Assembly: GCA_963763795.1 (NCBI GenBank)
Contig: CAVXPP010000002.1
Coordinates: forward strand, 390,763-454,762
DNA from: an uncultured Acidobacteriota bacterium
Lineage (GTDB): Bacteria; Acidobacteriota; Terriglobia; Terriglobales; Acidobacteriaceae
DNA: 64,000 bases
Reading direction: 5' to 3'
The translations under genes and the position numbers were made by a program. Below the pieces are notes generated by a model. It was not told the origin of the DNA. It saw only the letters and a list, made by a program, of their open reading frames with translations, and searched no databases. Numbering within the stretch: the stretch's first letter is position 1; every line of letters begins with the position of its first letter. Positions 9,263 to 20,712 of the stretch are shown here, one piece after another.

Positions 9263-11671
9263 GTGACCACATCCAAGGAAAAATACGAATCCAAAAAGCT
9301 GCCGATGATGCCCATCCGCGATGTGGTCATCTTTCCCTTCATGATGACTCCGTTCGTGGTGGGCCGCGAGTCCAGCGTGCGCGCTCTCGAAGAGGCCTTG
9401 GCGGCGGACAAGAAAATTTTCCTGGCCACGCAGCATGATGCCTCCATTGATGAGCCCAAGGCCAACGAAATTTATCAGGTGGGCACGATCGTCAATATCG
9501 TCCAGAGCCTGAAGCTCCCTGACGGCAACATTAAAGTCCTGGTCGAAGGCATCGAGCGCGGCAAGATTCTGCAGGTCACCGACACCGAAGGCTACATGCA
9601 GGCCACGGTGCGGGTCGCACGCTTCGCGACCGAGGCCAACCCGGCGCTCGAAGCCGCCATGCAGCGCGTCACTTCCCTCTTCGAGCAATACGTGAAGCTT
9701 TGCCAGTCGCTGCAGTATGAAACCATGATTTCGGCGGTCCGCATGGAAGATCCTGCCAAGCTGACCGACGTCATCTCGGCCAATCTTCAACTTTCGATTG
9801 AAGAAAAGCAGGAACTGCTCGAGATTTTCGACCCTGCTGAGCGACTGACCCGCATCGCCGATGTACTCGATATCGAGATCGAAAAGCTGAACGTCGACCG
9901 CACCATCCAGTCGCGCGTGAAGCGCCAGATGGAGAAGGCGCAAAAAGAGTATTACCTCAACGAAAAGATCAAGGCCATCCAGAAGGAATTGGGCCGCGGC
10001 GAAAAGAGCGAGTTCGACGAACTCAAGAAGAAGATCGAAGCTGCAGGCATGCCCAAAGAAACCAAAGACAAGGCTCTGCAAGAACTCAAGAAGCTCGAAG
10101 CTATGCCGCCGATGTCAGCCGAGTCCACCGTTTCCCGCAACTATCTCGACTGGCTGCTGGCGGTGCCGTGGAAGAAGCGCTCCAAGGAAATCCGCAATAT
10201 CTCGCGCGCCGAAAAAGTCCTGAACGAAGACCACTATGGCCTGGAAAAGATCAAGGAACGCATCCTTGAATTTCTCGCCGTCCGCCAGTTGGTGAAGAAT
10301 CCCAAGGGTTCGATTCTCTGCTTCGTCGGACCTCCTGGCGTAGGCAAAACTTCTCTTGGAATGTCGATCGCCAAGGCCACGGGACGCAAGTTCGTCCGCA
10401 TGTCGCTGGGCGGCGTGCGCGACGAAGCTGAAATTCGCGGCCACCGCCGCACCTACATCGGCGCACTGCCCGGCCAGATCATCCAGATGATGAAAAAGGC
10501 GGGCACCAAGAATCCAGTCTTCATGCTCGATGAAGTCGACAAGATGTCGATGGATTTCCGCGGCGATCCTTCCGCAGCCCTGCTCGAAGTGCTCGATCCC
10601 GAACAGAATTTCATGTTTGTCGATCATTACCTCGACGTCGAATACGACCTCTCGCAAGTCTTTTTCGTGGCCACCGCCAACGTGATGCACACCATCCCCG
10701 CGGCTCTGCAAGACCGCATGGAAGTGCTCCGTCTGCACGGCTACACCGAACAGGAAAAGGTGGAGATCGCCAAGCAGTTCCTGGTGAAGAAGCAGATGCT
10801 CGCCGCCGGCCTCTCGGACAAGAACATCCGATTCACCGACGATGCTATCACTGGTCTGATCCGCTCCTACACGCGCGAGGCTGGCGTCCGCAACCTGGAG
10901 CGCGAAATCGGCAATGTGTGCCGCAAAGTGGCGCGCAAGGTCGTCAAGGAAGGCGAAACCTACAACATCACCATCACCGGCGCCAACGTCAACGACTTCC
11001 TGGGCGTGATCAAGTTCCGCGACACGCTGGCTCACGAAAAATCAGAAGTCGGCTTGGTGACCGGCCTGGCCTGGACCGAAGTTGGCGGCTCAATCCTGAG
11101 CACCGAGGCCAGCGTAGTCGACGGCAAAGGCAAGCTGACGCTCACCGGAAAACTTGGCGACGTCATGCAGGAATCGGCGCAGGCTGCGATGTCCTACGTT
11201 CGCTCACGCGCCAACCGTCTCGGCCTGACCCGCGACTTCTATCGCAATCTCGACCTGCACGTGCATGTGCCCGAAGGCGCGATCCCGAAAGATGGCCCAT
11301 CAGCGGGCATTACCATCGCGACGGCAATTTCGAGCGCGCTCAGCAAGATTCCCGTTCGCCGTGACTTGGCCATGACAGGAGAGATCACGCTGCGCGGCAA
11401 AGTTCTTCCCATCGGTGGCCTGAAAGAGAAATTGCTGGCTGCTCATCGCGCCGGACTTTTCGAAGTGATCCTACCCAAGGACAATGAAAAAGATGTGGCG
11501 GAAGTTCCAGAAAATCTGCGCACTGCGATGAAACTGCATTTCGTCGACACCATGGACCAGGTTCTGCAGATCGCCCTGGAATCACCACTGCCCAAGATGG
11601 AAGAAGAATCCGCGCAGCCGATCGCGCCGTTAACCGCCAGCACCCCCGAGAGCACAACAGCGCATCAGTAG
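9263..11671 (+). CDS. lon: Lon protease (LonA)
   Basis: 802-aa ORF with LON N-domain, Walker [10 protein letters not shown], Walker B FMLDEVDK, and protease Ser-Lys context DGPSAGIT ... [16 protein letters not shown]. Confidence 0.95.
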   Translation: MTTSKEKYESKKLPMMPIRDVVIFPFMMTPFVVGRESSVRALEEALAADKKIFLATQHDASIDEPKANEIYQVGTIVNIVQSLKLPDGNIKVLVEGIERGKILQVTDTEGYMQATVRVARFATEANPALEAAMQRVTSLFEQYVKLCQSLQYETMISAVRMEDPAKLTDVISANLQLSIEEKQELLEIFDPAERLTRIADVLDIEIEKLNVDRTIQSRVKRQMEKAQKEYYLNEKIKAIQKELGRGEKSEFDELKKKIEAAGMPKETKDKALQELKKLEAMPPMSAESTVSRNYLDWLLAVPWKKRSKEIRNISRAEKVLNEDHYGLEKIKERILEFLAVRQLVKNPKGSILCFVGPPGVGKTSLGMSIAKATGRKFVRMSLGGVRDEAEIRGHRRTYIGALPGQIIQMMKKAGTKNPVFMLDEVDKMSMDFRGDPSAALLEVLDPEQNFMFVDHYLDVEYDLSQVFFVATANVMHTIPAALQDRMEVLRLHGYTEQEKVEIAKQFLVKKQMLAAGLSDKNIRFTDDAITGLIRSYTREAGVRNLEREIGNVCRKVARKVVKEGETYNITITGANVNDFLGVIKFRDTLAHEKSEVGLVTGLAWTEVGGSILSTEASVVDGKGKLTLTGKLGDVMQESAQAAMSYVRSRANRLGLTRDFYRNLDLHVHVPEGAIPKDGPSAGITIATAISSALSKIPVRRDLAMTGEITLRGKVLPIGGLKEKLLAAHRAGLFEVILPKDNEKDVAEVPENLRTAMKLHFVDTMDQVLQIALESPLPKMEEESAQPIAPLTASTPESTTAHQ

Positions 11672-11689
11672 CGCAGTTACGAGATGAAG

Positions 11690-11714
11690 AAAGACCCGCG
11701 CCGGCGGGCCTTTA
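11690..11714 (+). terminator. Possible rho-independent terminator after lon
   Basis: aaagacccgc-gccg-gcgggccttt stem (one mismatch) followed by a T-containing tail (agtttcc). Confidence 0.4.
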
Positions 11715-11765
11715 GTTTCCTCTGTGTTCCTCAGTGCCCTCTGTAGGTGAAAACTTGAAAACTTC

Positions 11766-12527
11766 CTAAGCGCAAACCTCCCGCACCCGTTCACACGTCT
11801 CCGCCAGCGACCGTTCCACGCATTCCGTCAGCCACTGCTCTAAAACCAGCCGCTGCTTTTCTGGAACATACCGAAACCGCACCCCGCAAGCATCGCTGGT
11901 GGTCCATACCACGGTGCCCGCGACATCCACCATTCCAGTGGTATCCGGCAACGCAAACCGAAGCTCGATTTCCTCGCCGGCGCTAACCGAAACACCCTCG
12001 ATGAAATCCTGCGCGCCGGTGTGCAGCCCGACCCCACCCTCGCTCAGGTTCACGATCAGCGCCTCGGCGCAAGACTGGCTATGCGTGCGCACAGAAGCCA
12101 GAATCTCTACCGGCTCGCGATGCTGCTTGCGCCGCCGCGCCACCGTCGCGCAATACGCCGCCCGCAGGCACCGTTCGATCTGCACCGCCGACGCCGGTTT
12201 GTGAATCAGAAAATGAACTCCGGCAGCAAAGGCCTGCCGCAGATCGAGCAGGTCGCGGACAATCGCCACCAACACGCAATCGGCGTTCTGCTTCGAACGC
12301 CGCACCGCGCACAACAATTCCGCCACATTGTCGATCTCCCGCCAATCCATGATGATGACGTCGAATGTATGTGAGTGAATCATCGCCAGTGCCGCATCGG
12401 AGCCAGCCGAAATCCTCGGAGTCACACGCAGTTGGTTCAGCACATTCCGCGTGATTCCCAGAAACTGTGTGTCGGCACACAGCAGCAGCGTATGCATCGC
12501 CAGCGTCGATGGTGTCTTGTCGCCCAT
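11766..12527 (-). CDS. Receiver (REC) domain - PilZ domain protein
   Basis: REC features: CAD at the beta1 end, DVIIMDW acceptor Asp, LIHKP Lys. C-terminal PilZ motifs RRRKQHR ... NLSEGG. Confidence 0.8.
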   Translation of the reverse strand: MGDKTPSTLAMHTLLLCADTQFLGITRNVLNQLRVTPRISAGSDAALAMIHSHTFDVIIMDWREIDNVAELLCAVRRSKQNADCVLVAIVRDLLDLRQAFAAGVHFLIHKPASAVQIERCLRAAYCATVARRRKQHREPVEILASVRTHSQSCAEALIVNLSEGGVGLHTGAQDFIEGVSVSAGEEIELRFALPDTTGMVDVAGTVVWTTSDACGVRFRYVPEKQRLVLEQWLTECVERSLAETCERVREVCA

Positions 12528-12745
12528 GATCTTCTTTCCGGGCCAGCGCCTGTCGTGCCGCGCCCTTACTGACTCAATCGGCTCCCCCGAACCAAGGTTG
12601 AATTTCCGCAGAGCACGTTCGAGAGCGACTTGATTACCTCGGTTCGCACGGGGAGTAAAGCTTGCCTTCCGCGAATCGCGCGTCGAGAAGTCAACGCATG
12701 CCGCGATAGTGGCTCAGTTTGAATCCTGAACCGTTTGGAATTGGC

Positions 12746-12787
12746 GTCATCCCGACCGGAGCCGCTTTCGGCGGAGGGAGGGATCTC
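12746..12787 (+). repeat. REP-like element family A variant (GTCATCCCGAC...GGGAGGGATCTC)
   Basis: gtcatcccgaccggagccgctttcggcggagggagggatctc. The inverted copy at 38690..38732 is near-identical. Confidence 0.65.
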
Positions 12788-12885
12788 CACCTCCAGTCAG
12801 GGGAAATGGGATCCCTCAGCCGGCAGAAAGGCGCCGTTTTTCGTGATAACCCCGTGTAGGCTGATGTCAAAATTGCGAGTTAGCC

Positions 12886-13554
12886 ATGCACATGCGCGGC
12901 CTTGCCAATCTCCCTCGCCCCGTTGCAAACTTGGATATGAGAGTCCTGTCCAATTTTCTGGCGGCGGCAACCGACATCTCCCACTTCCCCGCTCCCAGCG
13001 TTCCCGAAATCGCCTTCCTCGGCCGCTCCAACGTGGGCAAATCCAGCGTGATCAACTCTCTGGTCGGCACCAAGCTGGCACGCACCAGCTCCACACCCGG
13101 CCGCACTCGCAGCATCAATTTCTTTGAAATCCGCTGGCCCGGCAAGCCGCAACCCGAACTGATCTTCGCCGACCTCCCCGGCTACGGCTACGCCAGGATC
13201 TCCCGCGAGATTTCGCAGGAATGGCCGAAGTTCATCGAGCCTTACCTGCGCCAGCGTTCGACGCTCGCCCTCTGCATAGCACTGGTCGATGTGAACGTTC
13301 CTCCGCAACAAAGCGATCGCCAACTCCTGGATTTCCTGAACGCCAGCGGCCGCGATTTCCTCCTCGTCGGCACCAAGGCCGACCGCCTCTCCAACAACCA
13401 ACTCCACAATGTCTTGCGAGCCCTCGGCCAGGAATATCCTTCGGCTCGCCTGCTTCCTTTCTCAGCCAAGACCGGCGCGGGACGCGAAGACCTGTGGAAA
13501 CAGATCCGCCAAGCCGCGCAACAGATGCCCGCAGCGGAAGCTTCTTCAAATTAG
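12886..13554 (+). CDS. engB: Ribosome biogenesis GTP-binding protein EngB/YsxC/YihA
   Basis: G1 GRSNVGKSS, G3 DLPGYG, G4 GTKADR, preceded by PEIAFLG as in EngB. Confidence 0.85.
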   Translation: MHMRGLANLPRPVANLDMRVLSNFLAAATDISHFPAPSVPEIAFLGRSNVGKSSVINSLVGTKLARTSSTPGRTRSINFFEIRWPGKPQPELIFADLPGYGYARISREISQEWPKFIEPYLRQRSTLALCIALVDVNVPPQQSDRQLLDFLNASGRDFLLVGTKADRLSNNQLHNVLRALGQEYPSARLLPFSAKTGAGREDLWKQIRQAAQQMPAAEASSN

Positions 13555-13577
13555 AAACTCTAAAATTAGAAACTCTA
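13548..13577 (+). repeat. Tandem 2 x 15-nt AT-rich repeat (AAATTAGAAACTCTA)
   Basis: Two perfect adjacent copies. The first contains the engB stop codon. Confidence 0.8.
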
Positions 13578-13698
13578 ACCGGCGCCTCGCCGCCTACATC
13601 CCTAATCTCCGCCCGCGCTTCTTCCGATAAGGACAGTAGTCTTCCCTGCAACTGGGGGCCGATATCTGCACGGGACATCTTGTCCGCACGGAATTTCT

Positions 13699-14352
13699 AT
13701 GGCGCAGGAAAGCGACGAAAGCATCTACTATCTGCGGGCGCTCAAGCAGTCCCTCGCTTCTGAAACTGCGGCGTCTGCCCCCGCCACGAAGATAGATTCA
13801 TCCAATCCGGGAGATAGCAACGCGAGTAGCGGGGGGCAATTCAAGGGCGCAGAGAAGCGGCGCAGCCCGCGTTACAAGTGCGAAGGCAGCGCCGAAATAC
13901 GTGAGGACGGCCGCGACGTGCGCACCTGGGCCACCTTCACCGACATCAGCCTGCACGGCTGCTACCTGGAAGCGCAAGCCACCTATCCCGCCGGAACCAT
14001 CCTCCACATGAAGCTCGAAGCCAATGGCATTGTGGTTGAGACTACGGGAAAAGTTCGCGTGACTTACCCCTACCTGGGCATGGGCATCGCGTTTGAAGGC
14101 ATATCGGAGGAGGACCAGGCCCTCCTGCGGCGTTTGCTCGCCACCATTTCGCATCCCTGCGTAATCATGGGTCCGGGGATCGCGTCGTCGCTTCCCTCGA
14201 TCAGCAACCGCGTCGAGACCGTCCCGCCCGTCGCCAATCCCCAAGCCGCGATCCAGGATCTCGTCGAATTCTTTGAGAGCCGCCAGATGCTCATGCGCGA
14301 AGATTTCCTCCGCATTCTCCGCAAAAGCCAAACTACGGGAACGAGACTGTGA
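13699..14352 (+). CDS. PilZ domain protein
   Basis: RRSPRYK ... DISLHG PilZ motifs in the N-terminal half. The C-terminal about 80 aa have no recognisable motif. Confidence 0.75.
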   Translation: MAQESDESIYYLRALKQSLASETAASAPATKIDSSNPGDSNASSGGQFKGAEKRRSPRYKCEGSAEIREDGRDVRTWATFTDISLHGCYLEAQATYPAGTILHMKLEANGIVVETTGKVRVTYPYLGMGIAFEGISEEDQALLRRLLATISHPCVIMGPGIASSLPSISNRVETVPPVANPQAAIQDLVEFFESRQMLMREDFLRILRKSQTTGTRL

Positions 14353-14456
14353 CCGCGATCGGGCCACGTACCGCGAATTTCTTTCTTGATTCCTCCCCGC
14401 CTCAAATTTCCGTCTGAAACCCCGCTTCCTCCGCAGATTCGCTATCATGATGGAGC

Positions 14457-15395
14457 ATGGCTCTCTACTTCATCACAGGTATTGCCGGCTTCATCGGATC
14501 GTCGCTGGCCCATGAGTTGTTATCGCGCGGCGAGAAAGTACGTGGCGTCGACAATTTTGCCACCGGCAAACGCGCCAACCTCGAAGACATCAAGAACCGC
14601 ATCGATTTCCGCGAGGCCGACATTCTCGACCTCGATGCCATGCACCACGCCTGCGCCGGAGTCGATTTCGTTCTGCACCAGGCCGCCATTCCGTCGGTTC
14701 CGAAATCCGTCCTTGATCCGCTGGGCAGCAATCGCGCCAACATCGATGGCACGGTCAACGTCCTCGTCGCCGCGCGTGATGCCAAAGTGAAGCGCGTGGT
14801 TTACGCCGCTTCTTCTTCCGCCTACGGCGACACTCCAACCTTGCCGAAACATGAAGGTATGAAGCCCGATCCCATTTCTCCGTACGCTGTCGCCAAACTC
14901 GCCAGCGAGCATTACATGATCTCGTTCTTCCGTTGCTACGGCCTCGAAACCGTCTGCCTCCGCTACTTCAACATCTTCGGCCCGCGGCAGGATCCTTCCT
15001 CGCCCTATTCCGGCGTGCTGGCCAAGTTCATCACCCAGATGCTGCGCGGGGAACAGCCCACCATGAATGGCGACGGCGAACAAAGCCGCGACTTCACCTA
15101 CATTGACAACGCGGTTGCAGCCAACCTGCTCGCCTGCCAAGCGCCAGCGGAAAAAGCGGCTGGACAAGTTTTCAACGTAGCCACCGCTCGCCGGGTCACG
15201 CTCAACGAAACCTTCCGCGCGCTGCAAAAGCTCACTTCTTTTACTGGACAACCCAAGTTCGGCCCGGAGCGCGGCGGCGACATCAAGCATTCGCTCGCCG
15301 ACATTTCCAAGGCTGAAGCCGGCCTGGGTTACAAACCGAAAGTGGATTTTGAAGAAGGCTTACGCCGGACTGTGGACTGGTATCGCGCACAGTGA
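14457..15395 (+). CDS. NAD-dependent nucleotide-sugar epimerase/dehydratase (extended SDR, WbpP/Gne-like)
   Basis: Rossmann GIAGFIGS, catalytic SSSAYG ... YAVAKL (YxxxK), FNIFGPRQ. Confidence 0.85.
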   Translation: MALYFITGIAGFIGSSLAHELLSRGEKVRGVDNFATGKRANLEDIKNRIDFREADILDLDAMHHACAGVDFVLHQAAIPSVPKSVLDPLGSNRANIDGTVNVLVAARDAKVKRVVYAASSSAYGDTPTLPKHEGMKPDPISPYAVAKLASEHYMISFFRCYGLETVCLRYFNIFGPRQDPSSPYSGVLAKFITQMLRGEQPTMNGDGEQSRDFTYIDNAVAANLLACQAPAEKAAGQVFNVATARRVTLNETFRALQKLTSFTGQPKFGPERGGDIKHSLADISKAEAGLGYKPKVDFEEGLRRTVDWYRAQ

Positions 15396-15515
15396 ACGCG
15401 AAATCCAGGTGCTAATCGGGAACCACTCTTCCCGCTATCGACTCCAGGAAATTGGGTAGTGCAGTCTGAAGAGATTTGTATCAGGGCACGCCTTCCGAGT
15501 TTGCGCAACACAAGT

Positions 15516-15552
15516 GGGTGCCCCATGTCTCGCCGCTTTTGCGAGACATGGG
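15516..15552. repeat. Palindromic intergenic element family B (GGGTGCCCCATGTCTCGCC-N-GCGAGACATGGG)
   Basis: gggtgccccatgtctcgccgcttttgcgagacatggg. Related copies at 27186..27222 and 30349..30385. Confidence 0.7.
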
Positions 15553-15706
15553 AAGTCACGCGTCTGGGAAGGGCGTGGCTTTTCAGCGAGACTCAGATCC
15601 AAGTCTTTTCAAATTGCACCGCTGCCAGTTGTCTTCCCTTGACTTCGAGAAAAATTCTGGCAGCGGGCTTCCTTCTGCGGTATAAGCTCCCCGTGACTTC
15701 AGGAGG

Positions 15707-16291
15707 GTGCAGCGCATGCCACCCGAAGACGGCAGTCCCGCTGGGACGCCTCCTAATCCGCTGCCGGCGAGCATTCCGCAACAGAGAAGCTCTCAGTTTC
15801 TTCACGCGCAATTGGAAACCGGTGAACTGAGCCGCAAGGGAAAGCGAAACGCGCTCGTTTTTATCGCTCTTGGGCTGCTCACCTTCTTCCTGCCTGTAAT
15901 CAATTTCGATCCTCCCATGCTGGACCGGCAACACTGGTCGGTATTAGACGTCGCCCGGCAGTTGCCGCACCCGACCAGCGACACTCCCGCGACGACCTTC
16001 CCTACCGCTCTGTCGATCGCTTTCGAATGGGTGTATGCGTTTTACGGGACGCTTCTTGCCGGGCTGGGAGTGGTTCTACTTTTCCCCTATCGCAAGTTGC
16101 TGTTGGGAATCTGCCTCGCGGCTCTCGCTTGCCTCTTCTTCCCGTTCCACGGAGTGCTCGGCGTACTCTGGCTGGCGGCCATGACTTCCATCCAATCAGA
16201 CCGGGGAGGCGACCTCAAAACGCTTTGGATCCTCTTCGGAATCGTGGTCGCCGCCCTGGTACTCGTAGCCTGGACCGACACCACAACCTGA
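15707..16291 (+). CDS. Hypothetical integral membrane protein
   Basis: 194-aa ORF with four clear hydrophobic helices. No recognisable family. Confidence 0.5.
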   Translation: MQRMPPEDGSPAGTPPNPLPASIPQQRSSQFLHAQLETGELSRKGKRNALVFIALGLLTFFLPVINFDPPMLDRQHWSVLDVARQLPHPTSDTPATTFPTALSIAFEWVYAFYGTLLAGLGVVLLFPYRKLLLGICLAALACLFFPFHGVLGVLWLAAMTSIQSDRGGDLKTLWILFGIVVAALVLVAWTDTTT

Positions 16292-16373
16292 CCCGCATCT
16301 CAAGGTTAAGCCGGCCCTGAGGGAAGCGGAGTGCATCCGCTCCCTCGTGAGCCCAAGCCGCAATGCCACAACC

Positions 16374-19300
16374 TCAGAACGCAAGCCGCAAAGAGAATTG
16401 CATGAACCGAGGCGTGGTGAGAGTTCCGACATATCTGCCGAACTGTGATGGGTCTTGCGAGAGCGAAGGTTGGCCGAGCTGCCCACCGGCCCGCGTACGT
16501 CATAGCGCACCGAGTTGGTGGCGTTGAACGCTTCCCACTTGAACTCCAGGCGTCTCTGCTCACCCAGCGAGAAATCCTTAGCCACACCAGTATCAATGTT
16601 GAACATTCCGTCGCCAATCACGTTATTACGAACCCCGGATTCGCCCGGCCATTCTGGTCGGAACGCCGCCTCAGCCGCTACCGGATCAGCGAAGATGTCT
16701 GGCCCGCTTACACCATTCACGACGACGTTCTTGGGGTTGGATGCCCTTGGGGCCGGCCCGTTCGGCTCGGCGTCGCCCTCGATGTTCCAGTTCGTAGCCC
16801 AGGTGAAACCGTTATCAATGGTGATCGGGAAACCGGTGGTCCACGCGGAAAATGCCGGAGACGTGCCAGCCGCCCACTGCCGCATTCACCAACGGACTGG
16901 CATTTCCCAGCAGCCTCTGGCCTTTGCCAAAGGGAAGCTGATACACCAGGTTGGCGTTGAGCTGGTTGAAGGCGTTGAAATCCGAGAGCCCACGCAACGC
17001 CAGCGGATCCCACGAATTGATGACAATCCCGCCGCCGTTCAAGTCGTTGCCCGTTCCCCCGGTTCCTTCATACGGACCGATTCTCGCCGCGGCCGAGGCT
17101 TCGTCAAACGATTTCGAAAACGTGTAGTTGAACTGCCCTTGCAGGTTGGTTCCCCACCGGGCGTTATAGGTCACCTGCAACGCGTTGTAGTCAGAAGTCC
17201 CGATGTTCCGCCACGCAAACAGCGAACTGAACTGGTCGTGGTAGAAAGCGTACGGAGCCGAACTTACTGTTCGGAAGCGCGGTGGAGAATTGGTTGATGA
17301 GGTTGGGCAAATCCAGAAACTTCAAAGTTAAGGTCTCGTTATGCGGCGAGCAAGCCCAGATTTCATAGACATTCTGTGTGGCCGTCGGATTGGCTGGGAT
17401 ATTACCGGGTGCGCAATTCTGCGGGCCCGATTCTGGGAGAGCGCGCTCTGCGTGTTCGTCGCCGGCCCAGCCGGGAAAGATATTCTCGAAAAATGGAATG
17501 GGCTGGACCGAATTGACGTCCGTGCCCGCAGCAGCGACCTTCGAGAGCATGGTAGCTGCTGTGAAATATCTCGTGTTGCTCGTCGTATCGTTCAAATTCG
17601 TCGGCATGCCCATGTCTACCTGCATCGGCAACCGCCGGGCGATGTTGCCCACATACGCAATTTGCAGTGAGGAACGGGATGGTGATCTGTCGCTGCCAGC
17701 GAGAAATTGAACGTGTGCGTATAGGGCGTCTTCACCGACTGGTCGAGTCCCCAGTTGATCGCGAACGCGGTGTTGCTGGGCACATTAGGGAAGCCACCCG
17801 CCGGTGCGGGCCCGAACAAGCACCCTGGGTCGTTCAAATTCGCGCATGGCGGTGGCAGGCAGGACTGGCCGCCAGACCCCGGAATGAGACAGGTAAACCG
17901 GGGGGCGTTTGCCGCCGTCACCGAACCAGCAGAGTTTCCCAGACGGGTGGAAAGCCCGAATGAACCATTCTGGTCAAAGCTGTTCACCACGGCAACGCCA
18001 AAATGGTCGTACATGATGCTATAGCCGCCGCGGACCGTGAACTCGTCCTTCTTGCCAAGAATCTTTGAGACCCATCCCCCACCCGTATCGGGCGCCCACG
18101 CCACCGCGATGCGTGGTGAAAAATCCTTGTGGTCCCAGTTCCACATGCCCGGTCCGTGATTTTTCGGTCCGCCCAGGACGAAACCAATCTCTCCGGCCAA
18201 CAACGCCGGCTGGCCCGCCGTGGCCAATGCGGCACTGTTGTTGAACCAGTCCGCAACGTCTTGCTTGGTGCAGCCGCCGCTCGCCGCCTCTACGCAGGGG
18301 GCGACCTGATAGCCGTTGGTTTCGTAAGGCGGAGTTTCCAGCACCCAGCGCAGACCGTAGGAGAGGGTCAAGCTCCGATTGACTCGCCAGCTATCCGAGC
18401 CAAAGAACTCGTAGTCGTTGATCGCGTAACGACGATTGATCGCCTGGCCCTGGGGTAGCGCGCTGCCGTCGCGCGCGTAGTTATAAATACCATCGCCCTC
18501 GGAGAAAATGCCCAATGCGATCCCAGCCGCATCGTCATAGTTCGGACCGAAATTCATATCAACCTTGGGATAGCCATTTGCGGGATTGCCTGGATCCAAC
18601 GGGCTGTTGTCGTTGGCAATGCCTCCCGTGTTGAGATAGACCACGTTAGTCTGAACATCCGAAAACGAATTCAAGTAGCTGAGGTGGTTGTTGCGAATCA
18701 GAAATAAGTCGGCACCGAACTGAAGCGTGTGATTTCCGTGAGTCCAACTCAAACTGTCGCTCAACTGGTTCACGGGCACAAAAGCAGTCGTAGGGCGAGT
18801 GAACGGAACCAGGCTGTCAATCCCGCTCAGAAAAATACCCGGATACACAGACGTACCGCCATACTGCTGTCCTTGGCGAATGAAGCCCCAGTGAAAATCA
18901 TTGATCAGCTTGGGGGTGATGAGCGAAGTGAGTCCAATAGTGATGCCCTTGCTGTCGTCTAGTAAGTTCGTAGTTGCCGGCTCCCCAGGAAATTGTTCCA
19001 CTCCCGGCTCCTTGAAGTTTTGCATCTCTCCCCGCGCAAACAGAGTCTCCGAGCCGCTTGACGTGATGTGGTAATCGAGACGCGTAATGTAGGTGTTGAA
19101 ACTGCGTTTCACGTTTGGAGCGAACCGATATCCCAGCGTATTCGAACCATCGCCGGCGGTGGATTCATTGGCCGCTGGATACTGATTGAGCAGGCTCAAG
19201 ACCGCCTGATTCAAGCCGATTTTCTCAGGGTCCATGTTCTTGATTTGAGTGGAATCGAGTCCGTAGTAACCGGCCGGAATGGGGTATTGATTGTTGTCCG

Positions 19301-20474
19301 TACCCATGACGGTCGATGCTGGACATTGACTGGGGGTTGCACACAGGTACACCAGGATACCCGCGCGCAGAGTCGGACTCGGGACCGTCCGCAACGTGCT
19401 GCTGCCCTCGGCGTCGCGCCGACCTTCATAGTTGGCAAAGAAGAACAAACGGTTCTTCACAATCGGCCCGCCCAGCGTTGCGCCGAAAACGTTGCGCAGG
19501 AGTTTCGGCGCGGTGTTGGATTGGCCGCTGGTTAACTGCGAATTCTTCAGGAACGGATCGTTGGCGCTAAAAATGGTGTTGCGGTTGTATTCGTACAGTG
19601 AGCCGTGAAAGTTGTTCGTGCCGCTCTTGGTGACCAGCGCCACCTGTCCTCCGCTCGAGTATCCGGTATCGGCATTGGAGTTGGCCGTGGTGACCCGGAA
19701 TTCCTCCACCGAATCGGGCGGAGCATTCAGCACACTCGTAAACGCGTAACCGTTGTTCTGATCGTTGACCCCGATGCCGTCTAGTGTCACGTTGGACTGG
19801 TCGCTACGCACACCGTTGACTGCGCCGCTGCGCGTATCCGTGTCCTGATTGACTTGGGTCCCCAGGAACGCCACCCCAGGCTGCAGGCTTAGCAAATACG
19901 TTACGTTGCGGTCGGCAATGGGTAATTCCGAGATCTGCTCGTTCTCGATAACGTTGCCCAGCGATGCGTCGGTGCGATTGATGAGCGGCGCTTGCCCTTC
20001 CACCGTTACTTCGGTCGTCCCACCCGCAACGTGAAACTTAATGTTGAGGGTGGAGGGTAGTTTGACGACCAGCGTGATGTTCGAAGCCGAGAAGCGGGCA
20101 AATCCGCTGGCTATCGCCTCCAACCCATAGCTGCCCGGAGGCACTTCCAGGAACTGGTAGAGGCCGGATCCGTTGCTCGTCGTTTTTCGCTCAAATCCGG
20201 TCGCCCCTTCCGTTAACGTAATCGTCGCTCCGGCTACAGTCGCTCCCGACGGGTCCGTCACCGTCCCATTCAACTGGCTGGTGGCCTGCGCCGCAGCTAG
20301 CTGGGTCAACAGCGCTAACGCCGCAAACACAACTATCGCGCGCCCTGTTCCCCGCCCACATCGAATGCCCAACTCATACCACCGCTCGCGCTGCTCACTG
20401 CTGACCTGCTGATGGATTCGCGACATCGACATGTCCTCCCGGGAACGTAGCTCCGCCGGGGCAGAGGCACTCAT
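16374..20474 (-). pseudogene. TonB-dependent receptor with N-terminal CarboxypepD_reg-like domain, disrupted by multiple frameshifts
   Basis: The 952-aa N-terminal ORF contains a signal peptide, NGTVTDPSGATVAGATITL and plug-like ELPIADRN. The C-terminal barrel continues in other frames. Segments: 17191..17652; 16815..17180, whose frame extends upstream as SAPYAFYHDQFSSLFAWRNIGTSDYNALQVTYN; and part of 16196..16885 (GFPITIDNG...FKWEAFNATNS). The last segment ends in the canonical ...TPRFMQFSLRLAF-stop at 16374. Confidence 0.75.
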
Positions 20475-20651
20475 GCAGAAACTTTCATGTGTGCTCTTCG
20501 TCCCGCGCCTGCTCGATTCTCTGTGCTTTTATGAGGTCAACCCCGATAGGCCCCACCCAGAGTGGGCGGCATTATACCCGAACCTCAAACCAAGGATCAT
20601 GCACAAAATTCGGATCAGCATGATTTTTTTAGCTGGGACGAATCTGCGCAT

Positions 20652-20688
20652 AACAAAACAGCGGACGCTCCCGAAGGAGCGTCCGCTG
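20652..20688 (-). terminator. Rho-independent terminator downstream of the phosphatase gene
   Basis: Perfect 13-bp stem cagcggacgctcc / ggagcgtccgctg with a 4-nt loop, followed on the minus strand by TTTTGTT. Confidence 0.7.
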
Positions 20689-20712
20689 TCAGTGACTTGC
20701 GTGTGGACGGAA

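Noticed and set aside
16374-17700. Programmed ribosomal frameshifting in the TonB-dependent receptor
   Set aside because: There are four or more shifts in different directions, with no slippery heptamer or pseudoknot pattern. Decay or sequence error is far more plausible.
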